Counted from the first letter of the stretch, positions 9,151 to 19,460 are shown. The stretch: DNA of 64,000 bases from Gemmatimonadota bacterium (GCA_040389905.1 JAZJZK010000012.1:62929-126928), one strand, 5' to 3'. Numbers and translations: made by a program. Notes: generated by a model not told the origin, from the letters alone.

Positions 9151-12100
9151 ATGTCCTTCGTCCATCTTCACTGCCACTCGGAGTATTCCCTCCTCGATGG
9201 CGCCAACCGCATCGATGACCTGATTGCCCGGGCTCTCGAGTTCGAGCAGCCGGCGTTGGCGATTACCGATCATGGGAATCTGCACGCGGCGTGGGAATTT
9301 CAGGAGAAGGCGAAGAAGGCACAGCTGAAGCCGATCATCGGCATGGAAGCGTACGTCGCGCCGGCAGACCGGCGGACGCGTGGCCGGCCGACCCCGGGTG
9401 CGAAGCCGTACTACCATCTCGTGCTGCTGGCGCGGGACATGATCGGCTACAAGAACCTGGTGAAGCTGTCGTCGCTCGCATACACGGAGGGATTCTACTC
9501 CAAGCCGCGGGTGGACCGTGAGTTGCTCGCCAAGTACGGCGAGGGGCTCATCGTGAGCTCCGCATGCCTCGCCGGGGAGATCGCGTCGAATTTCGAGAAG
9601 GGCGACGAAGCGGGTGCACGGGAGGCCGCGTCGTGGTACGCGGACGTCTTCAAGGACCGCTACTATCTCGAGGTTCAGGCACACGAGTCCGAGGGTCAGG
9701 CGAAGCTCAACGAGCAGATCTTCAAGCTCGGCGCCGATCTGAACCTGCCCATCCTGGCGACGAACGACGCGCATTTTCTCAGGGCCGATGATCACGATGC
9801 GCACGACGTGCTGCTCTGTATCGGGCTCGGGAAAGACTATGCGGACAAGGACCGCATGCACTACGACCGGGGGTTGTATTTCAAGAACGCTCCCGAGATG
9901 GCGGCGCGCTTTCCGACGCGTCCTGACGTACTCGAAAACACGCTGCGCGTCGCCGATGAGGCGGGCTTCGCATTCGAGAAGAAGTACTACGTGCCGTCGT
10001 TTCCGCTTCCCGCGGGCGTCGAAACGGAGAACGAACTCCTCGTTCGGCTCGCGACGGCTGGTGCGCATACGCGGTATGGCGAGATGCTGTCCACCGAAGT
10101 GGCGGAGCGTCTCGCCTACGAGCTCGGTGTCATCACGAAGACGGGCTACGCGGGCTATTTCCTCATTGTCTACGACTTCATCAAGGCGGCGCGCGACCTG
10201 GATATTCCCGTTGGGCCGGGGCGCGGCTCTGCGGCGGGATCGATCGTCGCGTACGCGTTGAAGATCACCGACGTTTGCCCGCTCAAGTACGATCTCCTGT
10301 TCGAGCGTTTCCTGAATCCGGAGCGCGTGTCGATGCCGGACATCGACGTGGACTTCTGCTTCGAGCGCCGCGGTGAGGTGATCGAGTACGTTCGGCAGAA
10401 GTATGGCAAGGAATCGGTCGGGCAGATCGTCACGTTCGGAACGATGAAGTCGCGCGCCGCGATCAAGGACGTCGGGCGCACACTCGGCTTCACACCCGCC
10501 GAGACGGACGCATTGGCGAAGCTGATTCCGAATGGTCCGGCGTTCTCGCTGACGGTGAAGGAAGCGGTAAAGGACGTTCCGGAGGTCAAGAAGTTGTACG
10601 CGAACGATCCGCGGTACACCACGCTGCTCGATTACGCGATCTCACTCGAGGGACTGTCGCGTCATACCGGTGTGCACGCCGCGGGCGTGGTGATCGCGCC
10701 CGGACCGCTCGACGATTATGTCCCGATCCTGACGGTCAACAGCAAGGGTGCTGGCGCGGGCACGGACGAGACGACGATCGTTACGCAGTACGACATGAAT
10801 TGTCTCGAGCATGCCGGCATGCTCAAGATGGATTTCCTCGGACTGACGACGCTCACGGTGATTCGCGACGCGCTGGACAACATTCAGGCGCGCACCGGCA
10901 CACGGCCGGACCTCGACGCGATCGACATGGAGGACCCCGCGGTTTACCGGATGTTGCGGGCGGGGCGCACGTGCGGCGTGTTTCAGTTCGAGTCGCCGCT
11001 GGCGACGGACATGCTGCGTTCGATGCGCTGCGACCGCTTCGACGATCTCGTGGCAAGCAATGCACTGATGCGCCCCGGTCCGCTCGACGCCGGCATGCAC
11101 AAGGTGTATCAGCGGCGCAAGCGCGGCGAAGAGCCGGTGTCGTATGCATTGCCGGAACTCGAGCCGATCCTCGAGCCGACGTACGGCGTCATCACCTATC
11201 AGGAGCAGGTGATGCGTCTCGCGCAGACGCTCGCAGGCATCTCGCTCGCGGAAGCGGACGTGCTGCGAAAAGCAGTGGGCAAGAAGGACGCGGAGCTCAT
11301 CAAGAAGGAGCTGGGCAAGTTCGTCGAGAAGTCGATCGCGCGCGGATATGATCGGAAGATCATCGAGGAATTGGCGGGACAGATCGAGACGTTTGGTCGC
11401 TACGGCTTCAACAAGTCGCACTCTGTGGCGTACTCGGTGGTCTCGTTCCAGACGGCCTGGCTCAAGGCGCATTTCCCGGCGGAGTTTCTCGCGGCGATCC
11501 TGTCGTCGTCGATCGGCGACACGGATTCGGTGGTCAAATTCATCAACGAGGCCCGTGAGCTGAACATCGAGGTGTTGCCGCCGGATGTGAACGAGTCGAA
11601 TTACAAGTTCACGGTGCTCGACGAGAAACGGATTCGCTTCGGTCTTGGGGCGGTGCGCAACGTCGGCCGCAATGCCATCGACTCCATTCTCGCGGCGAAG
11701 CGCGAAAAGGCATTCGACAGCTTTTTCGATTTCACGGATCGCGTGGACCTGAGCAAGGTCAACAAGCGCGTGTTCGAAGCGCTGATTGCGGCGGGTGCGC
11801 TCGATGGTCTCGGCGGGCATCGCGCGCAATACTGGTCCGCACTCGATGCGGCGATGCAGGAAGCGTCGCTGAAGCAGCAGGAGCGGGAGATGGGCCAGGT
11901 GTCGTTATTCGGCGGGCCGGTCGATGATGGTCCGGAAACGCACGCGCCGCGTCTCTTGCCCAATGTCGGGATGATGTCCGAATCCGAGCGCCTCACGCGG
12001 GAAAAGGAGATTCTCGGCTTCTACATCAGCGGTCACCCGCTCGAGCCATTCCGCGTTGAATGCGAACTCTTCGCCACCCACACCGTGAGCCAACTCGGCA

Positions 12101-12642
12101 AGTGGATGCCCGAGCCGATGCATCTCGGCGTGGTCGTTACGGCGATCAAGCGACAGACGAGCAAGCGCTCGGGCGCGGAATTCGCCAGGTTGACAGTGGA
12201 GGATTTTTCGGGATCTTCCGAAGTATTGGTGTTTCCAGAGAGTTGGGGAATTCTCGCGGACCGAGTTCGCGTCGATGTGCCGGTGGTGATGAAGGGCGGC
12301 TATTCGAAGCGGGACCAGGATGCGGAGGTTCCCGCGTTCATCGTGGAATCCGTGACGCCGTTCGCGGAGTTACGGTTGAATGGACAAGTTTCGATCTCGA
12401 TCGAGCTCACACTCGGCGAAGCATTGACGCCGGACGCGATCTCGGACGTGCGGGCGATCATTGACGCGCATGCGACATCGCACTCCGGTGCGCCGCCGCT
12501 CGAGTTGCGATGGAGTGATGGGAATGGAACGCGGGCGCGGCTCAAGTCGCGCTCACTCAGACTCGCGGCCACTCAGGCCGCGTTAACGGACCTGCGGGCG
12601 TTACTCGGGAACGAGCGCGTCCGCCTCGTGCGCGGGAGCTGA
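9151..12642 (+). CDS. dnaE: DNA polymerase III alpha subunit
   Basis: PHP HLHCHSEYSLLDG, GPGRGSAAGS, FERFLNPERVSMPDIDVDF, YGFNKSH, C-terminal OB fold; start moved to ATG 9151 (MSFVHLH). Confidence 0.98.
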   Translation: MSFVHLHCHSEYSLLDGANRIDDLIARALEFEQPALAITDHGNLHAAWEFQEKAKKAQLKPIIGMEAYVAPADRRTRGRPTPGAKPYYHLVLLARDMIGYKNLVKLSSLAYTEGFYSKPRVDRELLAKYGEGLIVSSACLAGEIASNFEKGDEAGAREAASWYADVFKDRYYLEVQAHESEGQAKLNEQIFKLGADLNLPILATNDAHFLRADDHDAHDVLLCIGLGKDYADKDRMHYDRGLYFKNAPEMAARFPTRPDVLENTLRVADEAGFAFEKKYYVPSFPLPAGVETENELLVRLATAGAHTRYGEMLSTEVAERLAYELGVITKTGYAGYFLIVYDFIKAARDLDIPVGPGRGSAAGSIVAYALKITDVCPLKYDLLFERFLNPERVSMPDIDVDFCFERRGEVIEYVRQKYGKESVGQIVTFGTMKSRAAIKDVGRTLGFTPAETDALAKLIPNGPAFSLTVKEAVKDVPEVKKLYANDPRYTTLLDYAISLEGLSRHTGVHAAGVVIAPGPLDDYVPILTVNSKGAGAGTDETTIVTQYDMNCLEHAGMLKMDFLGLTTLTVIRDALDNIQARTGTRPDLDAIDMEDPAVYRMLRAGRTCGVFQFESPLATDMLRSMRCDRFDDLVASNALMRPGPLDAGMHKVYQRRKRGEEPVSYALPELEPILEPTYGVITYQEQVMRLAQTLAGISLAEADVLRKAVGKKDAELIKKELGKFVEKSIARGYDRKIIEELAGQIETFGRYGFNKSHSVAYSVVSFQTAWLKAHFPAEFLAAILSSSIGDTDSVVKFINEARELNIEVLPPDVNESNYKFTVLDEKRIRFGLGAVRNVGRNAIDSILAAKREKAFDSFFDFTDRVDLSKVNKRVFEALIAAGALDGLGGHRAQYWSALDAAMQEASLKQQEREMGQVSLFGGPVDDGPETHAPRLLPNVGMMSESERLTREKEILGFYISGHPLEPFRVECELFATHTVSQLGKWMPEPMHLGVVVTAIKRQTSKRSGAEFARLTVEDFSGSSEVLVFPESWGILADRVRVDVPVVMKGGYSKRDQDAEVPAFIVESVTPFAELRLNGQVSISIELTLGEALTPDAISDVRAIIDAHATSHSGAPPLELRWSDGNGTRARLKSRSLRLAATQAALTDLRALLGNERVRLVRGS

Positions 12643-12647
12643 CACGA

Positions 12648-13613
12648 ATGGCGACTGCGACCATGGAATTCGAGAAACCCATTGCGGAACTCGAGCACCA
12701 GATCGAGGAGCTGAAGAAGATGGCGGGCGAGCGTTCGTTGAACGTGACGGACGAGATCGCGCCGCTCGAGAAGAAACTCGGCGAGCTGCGCGCGGAAATC
12801 TATCGCACGCTGACGCCGCTACAGCGCGTGCAGGTAGCCCGCAGCAACAAGCGCCCACTCACGGACGACTATCTGCGGTTGTGCTTCACCGATTTCATCG
12901 AGTTGCACGGTGACCGCGCGTTCCGTGAGGATGCGGCGATCATGGGTGGGTGGGCGCGCCTCGATGGCGAGACCGTCATGGTGATCGGCCACCAGCGTGG
13001 ACGCGACACGAAGGAGAACCTCAAGCGCAACTTCGGGATGGCGCATCCGGAGGGATACCGCAAGGCGCTTCGTCTCATGAAGCTCGCGGAGAAATTCCAC
13101 GTCCCGGTCATCACCTTCATCGACACACCGGGCGCGTGGGCGGGCCTTGGTGCGGAGGAGCGCGGGCAGAGTGAGGCGATCGCACGCAACCTGTTCGAGA
13201 TGAGCCGTCTCGAAACGCCGATCATCGCGACGATCATCGGCGAGGGCGGGTCCGGTGGCGCGCTCGCACTCGGCGTCGCGGACCGCGTGAACATGCTGGA
13301 GAATTCCGTCTACTCGGTGATCACCGTGGAAGGGTGTGCGGCGATCCTGTGGAAGGACGGCAAGAGCATCGAGATGCGCGAGAAGGCGGCGAGCGCGCTT
13401 CGCATTACGGCGCCCGATCTCTTCGAACTCAAGGTGATCGACGAGATCATCCCTGAGCCACCAGGGGGCGCGCACGCCGATCACGGCGCGACGGCAAACG
13501 CCGTCCAGGCGGCGCTATTGCGCCAGCTGGACGAATTGCGTCGCCTCAAGCCCGACAAACTCGTGCGTCGCCGACGTGAGAAATTCACGCGGATGGGGCA
13601 ATACCTGGAGTAG
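12648..13613 (+). CDS. accA: Acetyl-CoA carboxylase carboxyltransferase alpha subunit
   Basis: ELHGDR, NFGMAHPEGYRKALR, IDTPGA, GEGGSGGALA; classic dnaE-accA synteny. Confidence 0.97.
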   Translation: MATATMEFEKPIAELEHQIEELKKMAGERSLNVTDEIAPLEKKLGELRAEIYRTLTPLQRVQVARSNKRPLTDDYLRLCFTDFIELHGDRAFREDAAIMGGWARLDGETVMVIGHQRGRDTKENLKRNFGMAHPEGYRKALRLMKLAEKFHVPVITFIDTPGAWAGLGAEERGQSEAIARNLFEMSRLETPIIATIIGEGGSGGALALGVADRVNMLENSVYSVITVEGCAAILWKDGKSIEMREKAASALRITAPDLFELKVIDEIIPEPPGGAHADHGATANAVQAALLRQLDELRRLKPDKLVRRRREKFTRMGQYLE

Positions 13614-13615
13614 AC

Positions 13616-14827
13616 GTGCCCCAACTTATCGAGATTGCGTTCAAGGGTAATCGCAAGGAATTCTTCCTGTGGGAGTCCGAGGATCTGCCGCCGCGGAAGG
13701 CAGCGGTGATCGTCGACGCCGATCGTGGAGAGGACCTCGGTCACGTGCACGCGTTTGGTGACGAGGCTGAACGGCGGTCGGCGAAGGTGCCGCACGGGTT
13801 GTTCGGTGTCCCACCACAGCGTGCCGTGAAGCGCCTCGCCACCGCGGACGACGTGCGGCGGCACGTCGAGTTGCGTGACAGCGACGACGACGCGCGACGC
13901 AAGGCGATGGACCGCGTCAAGGCCAATGCGCTCGTCATGAAGATGACGGACGCGGAGTGGCAGTGGGATCGCAAGAAGCTGACGTTCTACTTCACCGCGG
14001 AAAAGCGCGTCGACTTCCGGACGCTCGTTCGCGAGCTCGCATCCATGTTCCGCACGCGGATCGAATTGAAGCAGATTGGCGTGCGCGACGAAGCGAAGCG
14101 ACTCGATGGCATCGGACGCTGTGGACGCCAGTATTGTTCCGCCTCGTGGCTGCCAGAGCTGCGGCCGGTCAACCTCGGCGTCGCAAAGGATCAGCGGCTC
14201 TCGCTCAATCCATCGCAGATTTCCGGCGCGTGCGGCCGCCTGATGTGTTGCCTGCGGTACGAGCACGACTTCTACGTGCACAGTCGCCGGAAGTATCCCA
14301 AGGAAGGCAAGACGGTGCGCACGTCGAAGGTCGAAGAGAAAGTGATTGCGAACGACATCTTCCGCGAGCGCGTCACGCTCCGTGGTATCGAAGGCGAAAC
14401 GCGAACCATTTCCCTGATCGAGCTCCGCGCGGAGCTGAGCGCGGCGGGCGATCCGATTGCGCCGGCGCTCGAGCTCGCAGCGCTGGAAGTGCCGACGGTT
14501 CGGCCAGCGAGGGACCTCGACAGCGATGACGCGGTGGACGGAGACGATGTCGTGGGCGAGGAACTCACCGTGGTACAGCTGCCGCGCGAGCGACTGGATT
14601 TTCGCGAGTCACGCCCACCGCGGACGAGTGGGCCACGCAGTACGGCGCCAGAGGGTCATGCGATCATCGGTGCCGCACCGCGCACATCCGGCGAACTCGC
14701 GGCAGAGGGTGAAAAGCGAGCGCAGCGGCGTCGCGGCCGGCGTGGCGGACGGCGGAATCGTCCGAGTGGTGGGACGACGACCGCGGACGCGGGCAACGAT
14801 TCGCCGCCGATCGTGGAGAACCCGTGA
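13616..14827 (+). CDS. ricT: PSP1/RicT(YaaT)-family Fe-S regulatory protein with disordered Arg-rich tail
   Basis: FYFTAEKRVDFRTLV, RIELKQIGVRDEAK, GRCGRQYCSASW, AKDQRLSLNPSQISGACGRLMCCLRYE. Confidence 0.9.
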   Translation: MPQLIEIAFKGNRKEFFLWESEDLPPRKAAVIVDADRGEDLGHVHAFGDEAERRSAKVPHGLFGVPPQRAVKRLATADDVRRHVELRDSDDDARRKAMDRVKANALVMKMTDAEWQWDRKKLTFYFTAEKRVDFRTLVRELASMFRTRIELKQIGVRDEAKRLDGIGRCGRQYCSASWLPELRPVNLGVAKDQRLSLNPSQISGACGRLMCCLRYEHDFYVHSRRKYPKEGKTVRTSKVEEKVIANDIFRERVTLRGIEGETRTISLIELRAELSAAGDPIAPALELAALEVPTVRPARDLDSDDAVDGDDVVGEELTVVQLPRERLDFRESRPPRTSGPRSTAPEGHAIIGAAPRTSGELAAEGEKRAQRRRGRRGGRRNRPSGGTTTADAGNDSPPIVENP

Positions 14828-16356
14828 GCCAGTTCTTCCTCACGACCGCCATCGACTACTCGAATGGCGAGCCGCATATCGGCCATGCCTATGAGAAGAT
14901 CGGCGCGGACGCCATCGCGCGGTATCATCGCCTGCGCGGCGACGCCGTGCATTTTCTCATCGGCATGGATGAGCACGGGCAGAAGGTCGAGCAGACCGCA
15001 GCGCAGCAGGGCGTCACGCCGCAGTCGCTGGTCGACACGCTCGCCGAGCGGTTCGCCGCGATGTGGCGCCGGTTGGATATCTCGAACGATCAGTTCATCA
15101 GGACGACCGACGCCTCGCATCGCGCCGGCGTGCGCGCGCTCATCGAGCGCATCCTCGATCGTAATCCGGACGACTTCTACGAGAAGGCGTACGAGGGACG
15201 CTATTGCGTCGGCTGCGAAGCGTTCAAGCAGGACGCCGAGATCGTGGATGGCAAGTGCGTGCTTCATCCCACGCGGACACTCGAGTGGGTGGAGGAGCGA
15301 AACTGGTTCTTTCGGCTCAGCCGGTACGCGGATTTTCTCAAGACACTACTGACGGAGAACGCGCAGTTTCTCCAACCGGAAAGCCGTCGGAACGAGATGC
15401 TCGCGCTCATCGACCGCGGTCTCGAGGATATCTCTGCCAGCCGTTCGCGTCTGGCCTGGGGCATTCCCTTTCCGCGAAAGTTGAGCTCGGGCGAACAACA
15501 AACGACGTATGTCTGGTTCGACGCCCTACCGAACTACCTCACGGCCACAGGCTTTCCAGAGCAGTCGGGGCCAGTGCAATGGCCAGCACAGCTGCACGTA
15601 GTGGGCAAGGATATCACGCGATTTCATTCGATCATCTGGCCGGCAATGCTCTGCGCCGCGGAGCTGCCACTGCCAGCGCGCGTCTGGGCTCACGGGTTCG
15701 TGTTGTTCGGCGGTGAGCGCTTCAGCAAGTCGTCCGGTGCGCGGCTCGATGTGGAGGAAGCGGTTTCCCGGTACGGTTCGGATGCATTTCGCTACTTCCT
15801 GCTGCGTGAGATTCCGTTCGACGGCGATGGGAGTTTCACGTGGGAGCGATTCGACGATCGCTACAATTCCGACCTTGCGAACGCATGGGGGAATCTCGCG
15901 AGCCGCGTGATGGCCATGGTCGAGAAATACCGGGGAGGCGTCGTTCCTGAGGGCTCGCCCGACGACAACGACCGCGCCGACTTCGAAGACATCGCAGGCT
16001 ACCATGCGGCGATGGATGGGTCGCGCGGATACCTGCTTCACGTCGCGCTGGAGCGCGCGATGGCCTGCGTCGCACGCGGCAACGAGACGGTGCAAATGTC
16101 GCAGCCGTGGGCGTTGGCAAAGGGCACCGATGACGCGTCGGTCGCTGCGCTCGACGCGGTGCTCTCATTGCTCGTTCGTCAGCTCGCGCGCCAGGCAGTC
16201 CTGCTCTCACCGTTCATGCCGAGCAAGGCGCAAACGGTGTGGGAGCAGTTGGGCGGGCCGGGTCAAGTGCACCATCAGCGCTTCGAGGGACTCGAAAGGC
16301 TCAGTGCCGCTGGGTGGCGCGTGAAGAAAGGCGCGTCGCTCTTCCCGAAAGAGTAA
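14824..16356 (+). CDS. metG: Methionine--tRNA ligase, short form without C-terminal tRNA-binding domain
   Basis: HIGH, DEHGQK, Zn knuckle CxxC...CxxH, YVWFDALPNY, GKDI, KMSKS-equivalent RFSKS, LANAWGNL. Confidence 0.97.
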   Translation: MSQFFLTTAIDYSNGEPHIGHAYEKIGADAIARYHRLRGDAVHFLIGMDEHGQKVEQTAAQQGVTPQSLVDTLAERFAAMWRRLDISNDQFIRTTDASHRAGVRALIERILDRNPDDFYEKAYEGRYCVGCEAFKQDAEIVDGKCVLHPTRTLEWVEERNWFFRLSRYADFLKTLLTENAQFLQPESRRNEMLALIDRGLEDISASRSRLAWGIPFPRKLSSGEQQTTYVWFDALPNYLTATGFPEQSGPVQWPAQLHVVGKDITRFHSIIWPAMLCAAELPLPARVWAHGFVLFGGERFSKSSGARLDVEEAVSRYGSDAFRYFLLREIPFDGDGSFTWERFDDRYNSDLANAWGNLASRVMAMVEKYRGGVVPEGSPDDNDRADFEDIAGYHAAMDGSRGYLLHVALERAMACVARGNETVQMSQPWALAKGTDDASVAALDAVLSLLVRQLARQAVLLSPFMPSKAQTVWEQLGGPGQVHHQRFEGLERLSAAGWRVKKGASLFPKE

Positions 16357-16382
16357 CTGTCACCCGAGCGAGCTCCTTTCAG

Positions 16383-16970
16383 CTATGGCGTCGGCGGCTT
16401 CGGTGGTGCCGGCGTGCCGAAGTCGACGGTCGGTGCCTCGCGATTCGCAGGATTCGACACCTGGAAGTACTTCTTCTCCTTGGCGCCCGTCATCTTTGCC
16501 GTGAGTACAGCGGGAAATTGGCGGATGTACGAGTTGTACTGCTGCACGGCGCCGTTGTAGTCGGTCTGTGACACGGCAATACGATTCGCCGTTCCGCTCA
16601 GCTCATCCTGGAGCTTCAGGAATGCCTGGTCGCTCTTGAGCTGGGGATACGCTTCGGCGACGGCGATGAGGCGGCCGAGTGCTCCGCTCATGGCGGCATT
16701 GGCGTCGGCCATCTGCTGTGGGTCTTTGGCCTGCACCGCGCCGAGTACACCACTCCGTGCGCGAGCCACTTCACCAAAGACGGCAAGCTCCTGGTTTGCC
16801 AGGCCCTTGACGGTCGCGACCAAACTGGGAACGAGTTCGGCGCGGCGCTGCAACTGCACCTCGATCTGGCCTTGAGCGGCGCTCGCTTGCTCGTCGAGGG
16901 TCTGGATCTTGTTGTATCCGCAGGCGGTAAGCGACAGCGGAAGCAGGAGGGTAAGCCAGCGACGTTTCAT
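16383..16970 (-). CDS. lemA: LemA family protein (lipoprotein-type N-terminus)
   Basis: LTACGYN, QLQRRAELVPSLV, EAYPQLKSD, LQDELSGTANRIAV, IRQFP. Confidence 0.92.
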   Translation of the reverse strand: MKRRWLTLLLPLSLTACGYNKIQTLDEQASAAQGQIEVQLQRRAELVPSLVATVKGLANQELAVFGEVARARSGVLGAVQAKDPQQMADANAAMSGALGRLIAVAEAYPQLKSDQAFLKLQDELSGTANRIAVSQTDYNGAVQQYNSYIRQFPAVLTAKMTGAKEKKYFQVSNPANREAPTVDFGTPAPPKPPTP

Positions 16971-17689
16971 TTGGATTCCTGAGTGAGGAAGGTGTCGAGA
17001 TACGCTTTGAGCTGCCCGACGCCGGAAAGATACTGGGCCAGTACAGAACCAGCCTCCGTTGTCGAGATGCGGGCATCTCCGCGGTGATGATTCGCCGCGC
17101 GCGTAAACGGCGACGGATCGAAGCCGGCAAGGCGCGCGACCTGTTCAGACAGGCTCACGTTGTCCGCTGGCGGATGATCGCCCTGAAGCCGAACCACGGC
17201 GCGAAACAGGACCATGATGGTGGAAAAGCTTGCCGAGATGAGCTCCAGTTGGCGCTTTCCGTCGGTGCCTGCCAGCAGTGCGCCCTGCCGCAGCTGTAGC
17301 AGCTTGCCCATGACCTGGGACTCGAGCTGGAGCCTGAGAAAGCGCAAGGAGATGCGGACGCCGTCGAAGGGCGCGCTTCCGAACAGCACGCGGTGACCCT
17401 CCAGGATGTCGGCGTATTCCATGGGGAAGATGTCGTCGGAGCTGCGCCATTCCTCGACCGTCATGGTCATCGGTGGCGGATTGCCCGCGTCTTTCCATTC
17501 GCGTGCCACGGCAGATGCCGGAGCGAGTGTGTCCGCGGAAATGCGGTTCAGCAGTACGAGGACGTTGTAGTCCGATTTCCTGGGCACATGCTCGCCCGAC
17601 GCGGCCGAACCGTACAACACCACGCACGCGAGTTCTGCCCCGTACGCGGCGCGTAGCTGCGTCACGAGTTCATCCAGAGTCATTGCCAT
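16967..17689 (-). CDS. Nucleotidyltransferase-fold protein (minimal NTase domain + helical domain)
   Basis: VVLYGSAASGE...SDYNVLVLL; DIFPMEY; overlaps the lemA start. Confidence 0.75.
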   Translation of the reverse strand: MAMTLDELVTQLRAAYGAELACVVLYGSAASGEHVPRKSDYNVLVLLNRISADTLAPASAVAREWKDAGNPPPMTMTVEEWRSSDDIFPMEYADILEGHRVLFGSAPFDGVRISLRFLRLQLESQVMGKLLQLRQGALLAGTDGKRQLELISASFSTIMVLFRAVVRLQGDHPPADNVSLSEQVARLAGFDPSPFTRAANHHRGDARISTTEAGSVLAQYLSGVGQLKAYLDTFLTQESK

Positions 17690-17695
17690 GTCTTT

Positions 17696-18538
17696 CTACC
17701 AGTCAGAGCCACCACCACCCCCGCTGAATCCTCCACCACCGCCAAAGCCGCCGAACCCGCCGCCCCCACCACCACCAAATCCGCCACCGCTCCATCCTCC
17801 GCCGCGACGACCGCCACTGTTCCCGAGCGCGTTCAACAAGAAGAACAGAGGCAGCCCACCGCACCCCCCTCGTCCACCGCGCCCGCGGCCGCCAAATGCC
17901 GACAGCACGACAAAAATGATGATGATGAGAATGATCGGATTGAACCCGCTCCCGCCCCGCCTCGACACGCGTGGCGCGGGAGCGGGCGATTCTGGTGCGG
18001 GCAGCGAGTTGTCGAGCGACACATTGAATTCGCTGGCAAAGCGCTCAGCGACCCGCCGTGTGACGAGCTCGAGACCAGCGCTGTAGTCCTTCTGACGAAA
18101 GGCGTCTGTGGCCTCGCGGCAGATCTCCCCGGTCGCGGCATCCGTAATGAAGCCCTCGGCGCCCTGACCCACCTCGATCCGGCAGTGGCCCTTTGCGTCC
18201 GCTGACGTCTCCTTCGGCACCAGGAGGATGACAACTCCAGCGTTCCGAGAGCGATCGCCGACCGCGGCCATGTTTCCGACCTTCCACTCGCGGCCGATGC
18301 GCAGCGCGATCTCGCTCGGCTCGCGGCCGCCGAGATCCCCTAGCGTGACGATCGCGATCTCGCCCTTCGTCTTGTCGCGCACGTCCTGTGCGAGCCGCTC
18401 CATGCGACCCACGGACTCCGCCGACAGGACGCCGGCGAAGTCGTTTACCAGCCCGCGGGGGGCTGGAATCGTCGGACCGCTCTGAAGGAGCGCGAGCGCT
18501 GCGGCGAGGACCGCGCGCCCGGCGAATGGGATTGGCAT
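17696..18538 (-). CDS. TPM-domain (YgcG-like) membrane protein with Gly-rich tail
   Basis: VNDFAGVLS, WKVG, RIEVGQGAEG..TD, TM helix, GGGFSGGGGGSDW; start taken at ATG 18538. Confidence 0.92.
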   Translation of the reverse strand: MPIPFAGRAVLAAALALLQSGPTIPAPRGLVNDFAGVLSAESVGRMERLAQDVRDKTKGEIAIVTLGDLGGREPSEIALRIGREWKVGNMAAVGDRSRNAGVVILLVPKETSADAKGHCRIEVGQGAEGFITDAATGEICREATDAFRQKDYSAGLELVTRRVAERFASEFNVSLDNSLPAPESPAPAPRVSRRGGSGFNPIILIIIIFVVLSAFGGRGRGGRGGCGGLPLFFLLNALGNSGGRRGGGWSGGGFGGGGGGGFGGFGGGGGFSGGGGGSDW

Positions 18539-18699
18539 GTCGACCGGGTTAGTTCTGGCTACTCCTAGAAAGCACGCGCGGATCGCCCGGCGCAAGCGGT
18601 ACCGGTTCCATCGCACGCTCCGGGCCGTTGTAAACACTCGCTCTGCTCGGCGCTTTCCTGTTACGTTTCAGGACGATTTTACCCCCTCCCGTGGCAGCC

Positions 18700-19434
18700 A
18701 TGTCCCGCTCTTCCTACTTGCGCCTTGCCGGCGCCGCAGTGCTCGCCCTCACCGCTTCCTGTGCCACGAACGACGGCAAGCCAGCCGAGAAGAACGTGGC
18801 GTCAGGTGGTGACGTGGCGCCAGCGGCGGCACCGACCCCCGGCGCAGCGAACGCCGCGCTTGCCGACTCCATCAGCATGCGTGCTGACCTGGGCCGAATT
18901 CGCGGGGCGGAATCGGCGCCGATCTGGCTCATCGAAGTCAGCGATTTCCAATGCCCCTACTGCAAGCAGTGGCATGACGAAACCTTCGAAAAACTCGACA
19001 AGGAATTCGTCAAGACGGGCAAGGTGCGGCTCACGTACTACAATCATCCCATCGCATCACTGCATCCCAACGCAAAGGCGGCAGCCGAAGCCGCAATGTG
19101 CGCCTCAGCGCAGGGCAAGTTCTGGGAGCTGCACACGTCGTTGTTCGTGGCGCAGCAGAAATGGGCCGGCCTACCGAATCCCACGCCGGTTTTCGATTCG
19201 CTCGCCACGGCCGCCGGAGTCAATGCGCCCGCGTGGCGTAGCTGCGTCAGCGCACATGCGACGTCGGCGCTCATCGACGCCGATCTCGATCGCAGCACGA
19301 AATCCGGGGCGCAGTCCACACCCACGTTCTTCATCGGCAACAAGACCTGGGTGACGATCGCTGGTGCGTATCCGGTGGACTCGTTTCGGGTCATCATCAA
19401 CAAGCAATTGGCAGCATCCGGCGCACCGAAATAG
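18700..19434 (+). CDS. DsbA-family thiol-disulfide oxidoreductase lipoprotein
   Basis: Lipobox LTASC; SDFQCPYC; AAEAAMCA..QGKFW; STPTFFI. Confidence 0.9.
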   Translation: MSRSSYLRLAGAAVLALTASCATNDGKPAEKNVASGGDVAPAAAPTPGAANAALADSISMRADLGRIRGAESAPIWLIEVSDFQCPYCKQWHDETFEKLDKEFVKTGKVRLTYYNHPIASLHPNAKAAAEAAMCASAQGKFWELHTSLFVAQQKWAGLPNPTPVFDSLATAAGVNAPAWRSCVSAHATSALIDADLDRSTKSGAQSTPTFFIGNKTWVTIAGAYPVDSFRVIINKQLAASGAPK

Positions 19435-19460
19435 CCTGGGCGGGCCGGCGAGAGGACGGG

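Noticed and set aside
9151..12642. Intein or split dnaE
   Set aside because: Normal length and continuous motifs; no intein signatures
16358..16372. TGTCACCCGAGCGA resembling the end of the 39-nt repeat
   Set aside because: Too short and degenerate to call; may be a remnant
17688..18086. Pro-rich 132-aa plus-strand ORF resembling a TonB spacer
   Set aside because: Reverse complement of the Gly-rich tail of the TPM gene
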